Part shown: positions 31,596-41,966 of the stretch, piece after piece
How positions within the stretch are numbered: position 1 is the first letter of the stretch
How the letters are laid out: each line of letters begins with the position of its first letter
Source: an uncultured Acidobacteriota bacterium
GTDB lineage: Bacteria > Acidobacteriota > Polarisedimenticolia > Gp22-AA2
Assembly: GCA_964384905.1 (NCBI GenBank)
Contig: CAYLND010000001.1
Span: 9,915 to 73,914 of the forward strand
Reading direction: 5' to 3'
DNA: 64,000 nt
Made by a program: the position numbers and the translations under genes
Notes under the pieces: generated by a model
Database searches by the model: none
What the model saw: the letters and a program-made list of their open reading frames with translations, nothing else
Told to the model about the DNA's origin: nothing

Positions 31596-34500
31596 ATGCG
31601 GATCCTCGTCCTGGGCTCCGGGGCGCTCAAGATCGGCGAAGCGGGGGAGTTCGACTATTCCGGATCCCAGGCGATCAAGGCCCTGAAGGAGGAGGGTGTC
31701 GAAGTGTGGCTGATCAATCCGAACATCGCCACGATCCAGACCTCACCCGGGCTCGCGGATCGCATCTTCCTGCTGCCGGTGACCCCGCGTTTCGTGACCC
31801 AGGTGATCCGGCTCGGGAGGCCCGACGGCATCCTGTTGTCGTTCGGCGGACAGACGGCGCTGAACTGCGGGCTGGCGCTGCACCGGCAGGGTGTCCTGCG
31901 CCGGCATGGCGTCCGGGTTCTCGGCACGCCGATCGCCGCCGTCGAGGCGACCGAGGACCGGGAGCTGTTCGCGCGCCGCCTGAGGGCCATCAAGGTCCGG
32001 GTGCCGCGCAGCGGGGCGGCGCACGACGTCTCCGGGGCGCTCCGTCAGGCCGAGCGCATCGGCTATCCGGTCATGATGCGGACCGCATTCACTCTCGGGG
32101 GTCGCGGCTCGGGCATCGCCCGGAACGAGGCGGAGCTGCGCCGCATGGCGACCGAGGCCTTCACCACCTCGCCCCAGGTGCTCATCGAGGAGGACCTGAC
32201 GGGCTGGAAGGAGATCGAGTACGAGGTGGTGCGCGACTCCGCGGACAACTGCATCACCGTGTGCAACATGGAGAACGTCGACCCGCTCGGCGTCCACACG
32301 GGCGAGTCGATCGTGGTCGCCCCTTCCCAGACGCTCACCGACGAGGAGTACTTTCTCCTCCGGGCGCTTTCCTTCAAGGTCATCCGACACTTCGGGATCG
32401 TCGGGGAGTGCAACATCCAGTTCGCCCTCGATCCGCGCTCGGACGACTACCGCGTCATCGAGGTGAACGCCCGTCTGTCGCGCTCCTCGGCCCTGGCCAG
32501 CAAGGCGACCGGCTACCCGCTCGCCCGTATCGCCGCCAAGCTGGCGCTGGGTCATCGGCTGCCGGACTTGAAGAACTCGATGAACGACACGACGACCGCC
32601 TGCTTCGAGCCGGCTCTCGATTACCTCGTGGTGAAGATGCCCAAGTGGGACCTCGAGAAGTTCCGCGGGGCCTCGCACTTCATCGGCAGCGAGATGAAAT
32701 CGGTCGGCGAGGTGATGGCGGTCGGCCGCAGCTTCGAGGAGGCGCTGCAGAAAGGCTGCCGAATGCTGGGGGACGGGGTGCGCGGTCTGGTCGGGAACGA
32801 TTTCAACATCCGCCAGTCGCTGCAGGACGTCTCGCGGCCGACGCCGCGGCGGGTGTTCGCACTGGCCCAGGCGCTGGCCGTCGGAGGGACGGTCGCCGAG
32901 CTGTCCGGTCGAACCGGGATCGACCCCTGGTTCCTCGAGAAGATGAATCGCATCTGCGCCGTGCGCGAGCGTGTCCTCGCCGCCCGACGATCATCGGGCG
33001 GGCGGCTTCCCATCGACCTGCTGCGCGAGGCCAAGGAGGCGGGATTCTCCGACGAGCAGATCGCCCACGACGCTGGTGGCAGCGCCGAGGACGTGGCGCG
33101 CCGCCGCAGGGCCGAGGGCCTCGTACCGGTGGTGAAGCAGATCGACACCCTGGCCGCGGAGTGGCCGGTGCGGACGAACTACCTGTACCTGACGTACCAC
33201 GGCACGGAGGACGACCTGATGCCCGGCGAGTCGGAACGCAAGGTGCTGGTCCTCGGCTCGGGTGCCTACCGCATCGGCTCCTCCGTCGAGTTCGACTGGT
33301 GCTGCGTGTCCGCCACGGCGGCGCTGCGCCGGCTCGGATACTCGCCCGTCGTGATCAATTGCAACCCGGAGACGGTATCGACCGATTACGACACGGGCCA
33401 CACGCTCTACTTCGAGGAGCTGACCTTCGAGCGTCTGCACGACGTCTGGACGAAGGAGAGGCCGCTCGGCATCCTGCTCGCCTTCGGGGGACAGATTCCG
33501 AACAATCACGCCCTGGCGTGCGCCGCCGCCGGCATCCCGGTGTTCGGAACGCAGCCGCGCGACATCGATCGGGCGGAGGATCGCCACAAGTTCTCCAGCC
33601 TTCTCGATCGCCTGGGCGTGCCGCAGCCCGAATGGGCCGAGGTGACGTCGCGACGCGAAGCGGCGCGGTTCGCGCGACGCGTCGGCTACCCGGTGCTCGT
33701 CAGACCATCCTATGTCCTTTCCGGCGCCGCCATGCGGATCGCCTCCGACGCGACCGCCCTGGCCGCCGCGCTCGAGGGCGCGGCGGAGGTGTCGCGGAAA
33801 CATCCGGTCGTGATCTCGAAATTCATCGAGGGGGCCAAGGAGCTGGAGGCGGACGCGGTGGCCCTGCGCGGCCGAATGCTCGCGGTGGCGGTGACCGAGC
33901 ACGTCGAGAACGCCGGGGTGCATTCGGGCGACGCCACGGTGGTCCTGCCGCCGCAGAAGATCTATCTGGAGACCGTGCGGCGGGTCCGCGGGATCACCGC
34001 CCAGCTGGCACGGGCGCTAAGCATCAGCGGGCCGTTCAACGTGCAGTTCCTGGCGGTCGACAACGAAGTCATGGTCATCGAGTGCAACCTGCGCGCCTCG
34101 CGATCCTTCCCGTTCATCTCGAAGGTCTGCGGCGTCGATTTCGTGGACCTGGCGACGCGCGCCATGATGGGGGCCGAGGTCCGCCCGGTTCCTGCCTCGC
34201 TGCTCGACCTCGACTACGTCGCAGTCAAGGCGCCGCAATTCTCCTTCTCGCGGATCAAGGGGGCCGACCCGGCGCTGCGCGTCGAGATGGCGTCGACGGG
34301 GGAAGTCGCCTGCCTCGGAGAGGATCTCCCCGAGGCGTTCCTCAAAGCGATCCTGGCCGCGGGCTTCAGGCTGCCGGAGCGTCGTCAGGCTCTTCTCACG
34401 ATCGGATCGCTGCGCGACAAGGCGAGATTCCTGCCGTCGGCGCGCGCCCTGCACGACATGGGCTTCACGCTCTATGCCACGCGCCACACCTCGCGCTTCC

Positions 34501-34976
34501 TCGAGGACAACCTCGTCCCCAACATCCGCCTCTACAAGATCCACGAGCGGCGCAAGCCGTCACTGCTCGATTACATCACCCCGGACCGCCTCGATCTGAT
34601 CATCAACGTGCCGGCCGGGTACGATCGGCAGGAGCTCACGGATGGATACATCATCCGCCGGCGGGCGACCGACGTGGGAATCCCCTTGATCACGAATATC
34701 CAGCTGGCGGAGCTGTTCGTGAAATCGATCGCGATCAAGGGTTGGGACGATCTGAAGGCCGAGCCGTACGATCGCTACGTGGGCGCAGTCTCCGCGGTCG
34801 AGCGCGCGGGCCCGGCGATCCTGGGTGGCATGCCGATCCGGTCGAAGGGTCGTTCGATCGTCCGTCGCGAGGGCAGCGACGCTCCGGCCGGGAGCGAAGC
34901 CGATGACGCGGGAACCGAAGGGAAACCGCGGCGTCAGGCGACGCCCCGGTCCCCCCGTCAGGCCGTCTTCGCCTGA
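31596..34976 (+). CDS. carB: Carbamoyl-phosphate synthase large subunit (with ~50-aa charged C-terminal extension)
   Basis: Two ATP-grasp repeats, oligomerisation and MGS-like domains; start MRILVLGSGALKIGEAGEFDYSG. Confidence 0.9.
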   Translation: MRILVLGSGALKIGEAGEFDYSGSQAIKALKEEGVEVWLINPNIATIQTSPGLADRIFLLPVTPRFVTQVIRLGRPDGILLSFGGQTALNCGLALHRQGVLRRHGVRVLGTPIAAVEATEDRELFARRLRAIKVRVPRSGAAHDVSGALRQAERIGYPVMMRTAFTLGGRGSGIARNEAELRRMATEAFTTSPQVLIEEDLTGWKEIEYEVVRDSADNCITVCNMENVDPLGVHTGESIVVAPSQTLTDEEYFLLRALSFKVIRHFGIVGECNIQFALDPRSDDYRVIEVNARLSRSSALASKATGYPLARIAAKLALGHRLPDLKNSMNDTTTACFEPALDYLVVKMPKWDLEKFRGASHFIGSEMKSVGEVMAVGRSFEEALQKGCRMLGDGVRGLVGNDFNIRQSLQDVSRPTPRRVFALAQALAVGGTVAELSGRTGIDPWFLEKMNRICAVRERVLAARRSSGGRLPIDLLREAKEAGFSDEQIAHDAGGSAEDVARRRRAEGLVPVVKQIDTLAAEWPVRTNYLYLTYHGTEDDLMPGESERKVLVLGSGAYRIGSSVEFDWCCVSATAALRRLGYSPVVINCNPETVSTDYDTGHTLYFEELTFERLHDVWTKERPLGILLAFGGQIPNNHALACAAAGIPVFGTQPRDIDRAEDRHKFSSLLDRLGVPQPEWAEVTSRREAARFARRVGYPVLVRPSYVLSGAAMRIASDATALAAALEGAAEVSRKHPVVISKFIEGAKELEADAVALRGRMLAVAVTEHVENAGVHSGDATVVLPPQKIYLETVRRVRGITAQLARALSISGPFNVQFLAVDNEVMVIECNLRASRSFPFISKVCGVDFVDLATRAMMGAEVRPVPASLLDLDYVAVKAPQFSFSRIKGADPALRVEMASTGEVACLGEDLPEAFLKAILAAGFRLPERRQALLTIGSLRDKARFLPSARALHDMGFTLYATRHTSRFLEDNLVPNIRLYKIHERRKPSLLDYITPDRLDLIINVPAGYDRQELTDGYIIRRRATDVGIPLITNIQLAELFVKSIAIKGWDDLKAEPYDRYVGAVSAVERAGPAILGGMPIRSKGRSIVRREGSDAPAGSEADDAGTEGKPRRQATPRSPRQAVFA

Positions 34977-36100
34977 CCCTCGACCAGATCGATGACGCCC
35001 CGCTCGCGCAGCTTCTTGAAGGCGCGCAGCGCGTCCACTTCGCGCAGCGGGCTGATGCTGATGATCGAGCGCAGATCCCAGGAGCCGTTGACGCGGCTCA
35101 CGAGGAAGCCCTCCGCGGGGCTCAGATCCAGGCTCGTCAGGGCCTCGAGAGGCTTCTTCAGGACCGGGATCTTCTTGGGCGGCAGGTAGTGCCTGTAGGC
35201 CTTGTCGATGAAATGCTCTTCCGCCACCTGGAGGAGGGCGTTCATCTCCGGATTCTTCCCCGCGCTCCGCCGCGCCTTCTCCAGGATCGTCAGGGCTCCT
35301 TCCGAGTCGCCGCTCTTGATCAGCTCCTTGGCCGCCTCCATCAGCGCCTGCGGACTGTCCGCCGGGGGGCGCGCCGCCACCGGGGTGTCGCCGCGGGTGA
35401 CTTCGAGGTAGCCCTTTTGCACCATGACATAGAGAACCTGACACACGTTGTATTCGGACGCATGTGCCTCGAGGATGATGTCCGCGAGCGTGCGGCGTCC
35501 GTCCACCAGGTCGTACATTCTCTTGGGGAAAGTCCTGGAAGCGATGTCGCGGGGCAGGGCGCTGGCCGTGCGTCGCAGCAGGACGCCATTGTGAGGGAGG
35601 ACCTGGCGGATCCGCTTCGACGTGTCGTAACGTCGCAATCCCTCCATCAGGACATCCTCGACCCGGATGGAAATCAGGACCTGGTCGCCCGGGGGCAGCT
35701 CGTTCTCGTGGAATTCGAACTCGGCCTCCGTCCACAGGAAAAGGGAATAGATCGTCTCTTCCGCCTTCATCCGCAGGATCTCGCCGACCTTTGCCTCGGA
35801 CACGAGGCCTTTCTTGACCAGGATGCGTCCGAGCATCACCTTGGTCTGCGCCTGCAGGTCGAACGCGTCCTTGAGCTGCTGCTCGGTGATGATCCCCTCG
35901 CTCAGCATGAACTGGCCCAGGTATTCGCGCGTGTCGTTGCTGGAGGAGCCGATGATCGCGCCGTCCTTGAAATGGATTTTCTTGCGGAGAGGGTTGTTAT
36001 GGAGCGAGAGGATGCCGGTCTTCTTCCCCCCTCCGGCCCATTGCAGAAGGTCGGGGAGGGACATCGTCTTGAGATTGCCGGTCAGCCCCGTGCCGGGCAT
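34958..36100 (-). CDS. DUF4388 domain protein (N-terminal LPDLLQ receiver-like module) of unknown function
   Basis: MSLPDLLQW...GILSL motif characteristic of DUF4388; start at Met giving 381 aa. Confidence 0.45.
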   Translation of the reverse strand: MPGTGLTGNLKTMSLPDLLQWAGGGKKTGILSLHNNPLRKKIHFKDGAIIGSSSNDTREYLGQFMLSEGIITEQQLKDAFDLQAQTKVMLGRILVKKGLVSEAKVGEILRMKAEETIYSLFLWTEAEFEFHENELPPGDQVLISIRVEDVLMEGLRRYDTSKRIRQVLPHNGVLLRRTASALPRDIASRTFPKRMYDLVDGRRTLADIILEAHASEYNVCQVLYVMVQKGYLEVTRGDTPVAARPPADSPQALMEAAKELIKSGDSEGALTILEKARRSAGKNPEMNALLQVAEEHFIDKAYRHYLPPKKIPVLKKPLEALTSLDLSPAEGFLVSRVNGSWDLRSIISISPLREVDALRAFKKLRERGVIDLVEGQAKTA

Positions 36101-36213
36101 CGGTCCTCGCTGGGTACGCCCCGGAGTGTTTGACGAAACGAACCTTCTGCCCCGCCGAAGTGTCATACTTCTGACGGCCCGCCGGCGGGAGCCCCGGAGA
36201 CCCTCGTGAATAT

Positions 36214-37089
36214 ATGGACCGGTCTCGGCGGATTCAACCGCAGCGATCGACGACACCGATCGCCTCGCCGTGGCGGCAGGACAGCCGGCGCGCCCTCGCG
36301 TTTCTGAAGCATACGCGTCATGAGACACCCGAACGAGGGCGCGAGATCATGGTAAGAGGCGACCCGTCTTCCGATCGCCGGCGGCTTCTCGAGACGTATC
36401 GTGATCCCCTGTTCGTAAGGAGGCATGACCCCGACAGACGGGGCAACAGGTATCTCACCGACAGAAGGTGGCGCGTCATCCGCGCGGCCCTCGGCCGCCT
36501 GGCGGTGGGGAGGGGTGGTGGTCGGTATCTCGAAATCGGATGCGGGGACGGAACCGGGCTCGACCAGGTGGCGAGCGCCGGCCTCGGCTTCGCGGAAATC
36601 GTCGGCGTCGACATCCTGATGGAGCGCAGCGACCGGGCCTCCGCGCGCCGACCCGACGTCCACGTGATCTGCGCCGATGCGACCTGTCTTCCGTTCTCTT
36701 CAGGATCGTTCGACTATCTGGTCCAGTGCATGCTCCTGACCTCGGTCCTCTCGAGCCGGTCCCGGGTGCAGGTGGCTCGCGAGATCGTGCGGGTGATCCG
36801 CCCGGGCGGACACTTTCTCTCCCTCGACCTGCGGTATCCGGCTCTGCCGCGCCGGGGGCGAATCGGTCTGGGACTGGGCCGTCTGAGGCGCCTCTTCTCC
36901 GGAATGTCCCTGGTGACTTCGGACACGCACGTGATCCTGCCTCCGCTGGCCAGACTGCTCGCGGGCAGGGCGCCTATCTGCGATCGGCTGGCTGCCATCG
37001 CCGTGCTGCGGGCCTACAGGCTTGCGGTCTTCGTCCGGCCTGACGTCGATCACCCTCTCAGAGACGGCGAGGCGCGCAGCGGTTCTTGA
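36214..37089 (+). CDS. Class I SAM-dependent methyltransferase (start may be internal Met at 36349)
   Basis: LEIGCGDG motif I and downstream motifs II/III. Confidence 0.5.
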   Translation: MDRSRRIQPQRSTTPIASPWRQDSRRALAFLKHTRHETPERGREIMVRGDPSSDRRRLLETYRDPLFVRRHDPDRRGNRYLTDRRWRVIRAALGRLAVGRGGGRYLEIGCGDGTGLDQVASAGLGFAEIVGVDILMERSDRASARRPDVHVICADATCLPFSSGSFDYLVQCMLLTSVLSSRSRVQVAREIVRVIRPGGHFLSLDLRYPALPRRGRIGLGLGRLRRLFSGMSLVTSDTHVILPPLARLLAGRAPICDRLAAIAVLRAYRLAVFVRPDVDHPLRDGEARSGS

Positions 37090-38041
37090 GGTGCGCCAGG
37101 GCGTGCACGACGACAGCGGGCGCGAGCGAGACCGCCATCAGCCCGAGCCACTCCCATCCGCGCAGGAGGCCTCGATAGTGCCACAGGAGACGGCGCGTCG
37201 CGCGGCCGTGGCCGGAGACCAGGACGCCCCGCGCCGCTCGCAGCATGCTCCGGCGTCCGTAACGCCGCGCCGCGATGGCCATCGCCGGCCGCGCGGCCTG
37301 CCGGCAGGTGGCCTCCACCTTCGCGAGCGCGGCGGCCATGCTGGGGATCATCCTCGCGGCCTGATTCGTCATGTTGCCGGTGTGCCGCCGGAGACGGACG
37401 AGCGCCTGATCGATGTAGCCGATCGGCCGGCGCACGTAGAGGCGGCTGAAGTATTCGAAGTCTTCGGCACCCCAGAGCGCCTCGTCGAAGTATCCAGCCT
37501 CGTCCAGCACCTCGCGCCGGGCGCAGAGACCGGAGGGAGCGATGGAATAGCCGGGGAGAAGGATCTGACCGAGGGGATCGTCGAGGATGACCTCCTCGGC
37601 TCCGAAGATCCCCCGAGGGATGAAGGGAGGACCGGCGCCACGGCCGGTGAAGTAGCGCAGGTTGGCGAGGACGAACGCCAGGTCGGGTCGACGCTCGTGG
37701 AACCGCACGGCGCGCTCCACCAGCTGCGGCTCGAGAAGGTCGTCCGCGTCGAGCAACACGATCCATCGTCCACGCGCCGCTCGCAGTCCGCGATTGCGGG
37801 TCGCCGCCAGACCGCCGTGCACCACCCGCAGGAGTCGCACCGGAGCGCTGAACGTCTCGACCCGGGCCGTGGTGTCGTCCTCCGAGCCGTCATCGACGAC
37901 GAGGACTTCCAGGTCCCGGAACGTCTGGTCCAGGGCGCTTCGGATCGAATCGGAAATGAACTGGGCGGCGTTGTAGGCGGGAATGAGCACCGTGACAGCG
38001 GGAGCGGTCGCGGCGACGGAGCCCCAGGACGGAGGCGTCAC
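37058..38041 (-). CDS. Glycosyltransferase family 2 (GT-A, DxD)
   Basis: VTVLIPAYNAAQFI...VVDDGSEDDT...LLDADD; GTG start with GGAGAG RBS, GTGA overlap with Wzx stop. Confidence 0.75.
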   Translation of the reverse strand: MTPPSWGSVAATAPAVTVLIPAYNAAQFISDSIRSALDQTFRDLEVLVVDDGSEDDTTARVETFSAPVRLLRVVHGGLAATRNRGLRAARGRWIVLLDADDLLEPQLVERAVRFHERRPDLAFVLANLRYFTGRGAGPPFIPRGIFGAEEVILDDPLGQILLPGYSIAPSGLCARREVLDEAGYFDEALWGAEDFEYFSRLYVRRPIGYIDQALVRLRRHTGNMTNQAARMIPSMAAALAKVEATCRQAARPAMAIAARRYGRRSMLRAARGVLVSGHGRATRRLLWHYRGLLRGWEWLGLMAVSLAPAVVVHALAHLKNRCAPRRL

Positions 38042-39369
38042 GGGAACTCTCCGCCGGCCAGGCGGTCGCGCGAGCGACCACCGCTCGCCAACCCGCGCAG
38101 CGTGCCGATGACCAGCGCGCGGTCGGCCGCCCGAGGCACGAGCAGCTCCGATGCGGTGGTTCCCGTGAGACGGCGATAGAAGCGAATCGCAACGACGGTG
38201 CTGAGCGCGTAAGCGATGGTGCTCGCGATCGCGGCGCCGCTTGCCCCGTACGGCGGGATCAGCAGGACGTCGAGGACCACCGTGGCGGAGAGGGAGATCC
38301 AGGAGACCATGCTGACCACTCCGGGACGGTTCCGAGCGCCGAAGTCGGCGCTCAGTATCTTGGCCACGGACAGCGCGACGACGCCCGGGAGCAGGAGAAG
38401 GAGCGGGCGCAGTGACGGCCCGAACGGCGCGCCGTACAGCAGTGTCAGGAGGGGGCTGCCGCCGCCGGCCAAAACCAACGCTCCGAGAAGCGACAGTGGG
38501 AACGCCACCCGCGACACGACGCGCGTCGTCTCGCTCGTCCCCCCCCGGGAGCTCGCGAGACGGGGCATCATGACCACCGAAATGCAGGTCGACAGAATCC
38601 ATACGGTCTCGGCGAGGCTGACGGCGGCCGAATACAGGCCCAGCGAGGCAGCCCCGGCGAGCCCGTTGACGAACAGCATGTCCAGGCGATAGTTCAGAAG
38701 CTCCGCCAGCCAGCCAATATGGGCCCGCAGGCCGTAATGCAGAGCGAGACGCGGGTACGTCGGGTCGAAGGTCAATCGGCGGCCGATGGAAGGCCATCCG
38801 AGAACGAATCCTCCCAGGACGCTGCAGTACGAGGCTCCGACGAACAGCGCGCAGAACAGGCGGACGTCCCCGCCCGCGATCAACCCACCCGCGGCGAGCA
38901 GGACGAGGATCGAGCCGCGCTCGATCAGGTTCAGGATGTTGTAGAGACCGTAATTCTGAAGACCCAGCAACGTGTGGCGCAGCATCGAAAGAGCGAGAGC
39001 GGGCGGAATGCTCCAGGCCGCGAGGGCGACGTAGGACGAGGTGCGAGAATCCCAGGCGCCGGAGAAGTACAGGAGCTCGAACAGCAGCGTCGAGGCCAGG
39101 CCCAGGGGAAGGAGCATCGCGAGCGAGGTTCCGAGCGCTGTGGCGGCGTCCCGCTCGCGCCGCGCGACATAGAAGGCGTTCGCGGGTCCGACGCCCAGGG
39201 TGAGTACGTTGACCGCGAGCGTGGGCACGAGCAGCGCCATGACGTACACGCCCTTCCCTTCGGGACCCAGAAGACGCGCCGTCAGAATCCCGGTGAGAAG
39301 GAGAATCGCATTCCCAAGGACCGTGGTTCCGATGTTCCCCAGGATGGCACGGGCGAGGCTCACGTTCAC
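38038..39369 (-). CDS. wzx: Wzx-type oligosaccharide flippase (MOP/polysaccharide biosynthesis protein family)
   Basis: ~12 TM, 443 aa, characteristic N- and C-terminal PST-family helices. Confidence 0.75.
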   Translation of the reverse strand: MNVSLARAILGNIGTTVLGNAILLLTGILTARLLGPEGKGVYVMALLVPTLAVNVLTLGVGPANAFYVARRERDAATALGTSLAMLLPLGLASTLLFELLYFSGAWDSRTSSYVALAAWSIPPALALSMLRHTLLGLQNYGLYNILNLIERGSILVLLAAGGLIAGGDVRLFCALFVGASYCSVLGGFVLGWPSIGRRLTFDPTYPRLALHYGLRAHIGWLAELLNYRLDMLFVNGLAGAASLGLYSAAVSLAETVWILSTCISVVMMPRLASSRGGTSETTRVVSRVAFPLSLLGALVLAGGGSPLLTLLYGAPFGPSLRPLLLLLPGVVALSVAKILSADFGARNRPGVVSMVSWISLSATVVLDVLLIPPYGASGAAIASTIAYALSTVVAIRFYRRLTGTTASELLVPRAADRALVIGTLRGLASGGRSRDRLAGGEFP

Positions 39370-40538
39370 GAAAACGCGGAGTGACCCGTCAGGGCCTCGC
39401 CGAGAATGAGGGTGTGGATGTCGTGGGTTCCTTCGTAGGTGTAAACCGCCTCCAGGTTACAGAAGTGGCGGCCCACCTGATACTCATCCGTGATGCCGTT
39501 GGCCCCCAGGATGTCCCGGGCCAGGCGGGCGCACTCGCGCGCCATCCAGACGTTGTTTCTCTTGCCCATCGAGATCTGCGCCGGCGTGGCTTTGCCCTCG
39601 TCCTTCATCCTTCCAAGACGCAGCGCGAGGAGCTGTGCCTTGGTGATCTCGCTGGCCATCCAGACGAGCTTTTCCTGCTGCAGCTGGAAGGCCGCGATCG
39701 GTTTCTGGAACACGACGCGGGAGCCGGCGTAGGACAGGGCCTCGTCGAAGACCGCCAGGGCCGAGCCGATCCCGCCCCACGCGATCCCATAGCGGGCCTG
39801 ATTGAGACACATCAATGCACATTTCAGCCCCGAAGCCTTCGGCAGGAGACTCGCCGAGGAGACCGCGCAATCCTGAAGAGTGATCTCCGAGGTAACCGAG
39901 GCGCGCAGGGAGAACTTGCCAGCGTGATCGCGGGTGGTGAATCCGGGGGTCCCGCGCTCCACAAGGAATCCGCGGATGATCCCGTCCTCGCACCTGGCCC
40001 AGATCAGGGCGACGTCGGCGATCGAGCCCGAGGTGATCCAGGCCTTGGAGCCGTTCAGGACGTAATGATCGCCCCGGCGGCTCGCGCGCGTGCGCATGGA
40101 GCCGGGGTCGCTGCCGGCGTCGGCCTCCGTCAGACCGAAACAGCCGATGATCTCGCCACGCGCCATCGCCGGCAGCCAGCGCTCCTTCTGCGCGTCCGAG
40201 CCAAACGTCAGGATCGGGTACATGCAGAGGGCCCCCTGGACCGAGACGAAGGATCGGAGCCCGCTGTCACCGCGCTCCAGCTCCTGCATGACGAGACCGT
40301 ACGCGACATGGTTCAGCCCGGCGCACCCGAATCCGTGGAGATTGGCGCCCAGGAGTCCCAGACGCGCCATCTCGGCCACCAGATCGCTCGGAAAGCTGCC
40401 CTCCCGGAAATGACGCTCGATGATCGGCAGGACGCGGTCATCGACAAAACGTCGGACCATGTCGCGCGTCAGACGCTCCTCCTCGTTCAGCAGGGCGTCG
40501 ACGCTCAGGAAATCGAGAGCCTGGAAGGGTCGCGTCAT
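39366..40538 (-). CDS. Acyl-CoA dehydrogenase (glutaryl-CoA dehydrogenase-like)
   Basis: ACAD N/M/C domains, catalytic-base region YEGT.DIH; ATGA overlap with wzx start. Confidence 0.8.
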   Translation of the reverse strand: MTRPFQALDFLSVDALLNEEERLTRDMVRRFVDDRVLPIIERHFREGSFPSDLVAEMARLGLLGANLHGFGCAGLNHVAYGLVMQELERGDSGLRSFVSVQGALCMYPILTFGSDAQKERWLPAMARGEIIGCFGLTEADAGSDPGSMRTRASRRGDHYVLNGSKAWITSGSIADVALIWARCEDGIIRGFLVERGTPGFTTRDHAGKFSLRASVTSEITLQDCAVSSASLLPKASGLKCALMCLNQARYGIAWGGIGSALAVFDEALSYAGSRVVFQKPIAAFQLQQEKLVWMASEITKAQLLALRLGRMKDEGKATPAQISMGKRNNVWMARECARLARDILGANGITDEYQVGRHFCNLEAVYTYEGTHDIHTLILGEALTGHSAFS

Positions 40539-40539
40539 T

Positions 40540-41742
40540 TCAGGAAGTCGGCGCTTCGAGAAGGAGGGCGATCCCTTGCCCCCCGCTGATGCAGAGGGTG
40601 GACAGCCCCCGCCGCGCGCGCCGCCGCCGCATCTCGTGGAGGAGGGTCACGGTGATGCGGGCGCCGGTGGCGCCGAGCGGATGACCGAGGGCGATGGCGC
40701 CGCCGTTCACGTTGAGCCGCGCACGGTCGAATCCGAGCTCGCGGTCGCAGGCCAGGACCTGCGCCGCAAAGGCCTCGTTCAGCTCGATCAAGTCGATCTC
40801 GTCCAGCCGGAGACGCGTGCGCTCGAGGAGCCGGCGAATCGCGGGCACGGGTCCAAGGCCCATCACGGCAGGGTCGACTCCGGATGAGGTCGCCGCCACG
40901 ATACGGGCCTGGGGTTGGATCGCGAGTCGCCGCGCGGCCGCCCCGGAAAGGACGATCATGGCGGCGGCTCCGTCCACCAGCCCGCTCGACGATCCGGCGT
41001 GAACCGTTCCATCCTTCTTGAAGACGGGGGGAAGCTTCGCGAGCGATTCGGGTGTGACCCCATCGCGTGGGTGCTCGTCCTCGGCCACGAGAACGGGCCC
41101 CTTGGGTCCGGGGATCTCCACGGGAACGATTTCGTCCTGGAACGCCCCGGCTTTGCGCGCGCGCTCGCAGCGCTGCTGGGACTCGGCCGCGAAGGCGTCC
41201 TGCTCGGCGCGGCTGATGCGATAGCGCTCCGCCAGGGTCTCGGCGGTGTCTCCCATGACCTGGCCGCAGAGCGGGCAGAGAAAACCGTCGCGATACATCG
41301 CGTCCGTCAGACGCTGATGCCCGAGGCGGTAACCGAACCGCGCTCCCTCGAGAAGGTACGGGACGCGACTCATGGACTCGGCCCCGCCGACCAGGACGAC
41401 CTCCCGTTCACCCGCCAGGACGCTCTGATGGGCGGACAAGATCGCGCGCAGGCTGGACCCGCAGGCCATATTGATCGTGTAGGCGGGCGATGCGTCCGGG
41501 ACGCCGGCCCCGTGGGCGATCTGACGTGCCGGGTTGGGCCCGACTCCGGCGGGCCGCGCATGGCCCATGATGGTCTCTTCGACGTCCGAAGGCCGGACGT
41601 GCGCGCGCGTCATGGCGCCGCGCGCCGCGATCACACCCAGCTCGGGGGCGGTGAGCGCGCTGAGCGCCCCCCCGAACTTGCCCAGCGGGGTGCGCACGGC
41701 TCCCGCGATGAACACGTCCTGGAACTCTGCCATGGGCCCCAA
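40540..41742 (-). CDS. Acetyl-CoA C-acyltransferase (thiolase II)
   Basis: NMACGSSL active Cys, [16 protein letters not shown]-terminal CISGGQG. Confidence 0.85.
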   Translation of the reverse strand: MGPMAEFQDVFIAGAVRTPLGKFGGALSALTAPELGVIAARGAMTRAHVRPSDVEETIMGHARPAGVGPNPARQIAHGAGVPDASPAYTINMACGSSLRAILSAHQSVLAGEREVVLVGGAESMSRVPYLLEGARFGYRLGHQRLTDAMYRDGFLCPLCGQVMGDTAETLAERYRISRAEQDAFAAESQQRCERARKAGAFQDEIVPVEIPGPKGPVLVAEDEHPRDGVTPESLAKLPPVFKKDGTVHAGSSSGLVDGAAAMIVLSGAAARRLAIQPQARIVAATSSGVDPAVMGLGPVPAIRRLLERTRLRLDEIDLIELNEAFAAQVLACDRELGFDRARLNVNGGAIALGHPLGATGARITVTLLHEMRRRRARRGLSTLCISGGQGIALLLEAPTS

Positions 41743-41966
41743 CTCCTTGCGCGGCGCGCGCTGCGTCTCGTTATACCACAGGCACGCAGGAGGCTCAACG
41801 CGCCCGGGAGGCGGCGCCGCGCAGCGCGCCCCTGGCCGGGGCGGTCACATCGGCCTTCCCTCGGATGTCGGTCTGTGCCAAGATCAGCGGTGGCTGGCGC
41901 GGCTTTCAGTGAATCGGAACGCCGGGCGCGCTGCTCCGCGGGCCCCTTCGCCCCGCCCCATAGCGC

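Noticed and set aside
31706-34906. 1066-aa alternate-frame ORF inside carB
   Set aside because: It is a frame-shifted shadow of carB with a Gly/Arg/Pro-rich low-complexity translation
39366-41742. Treating the acyl-CoA dehydrogenase/thiolase pair as unrelated housekeeping insertion
   Set aside because: Not fully rejected, but the 1-nt and ATGA couplings to wzx argue for a functional link; see the finding on the 37058-41742 operon
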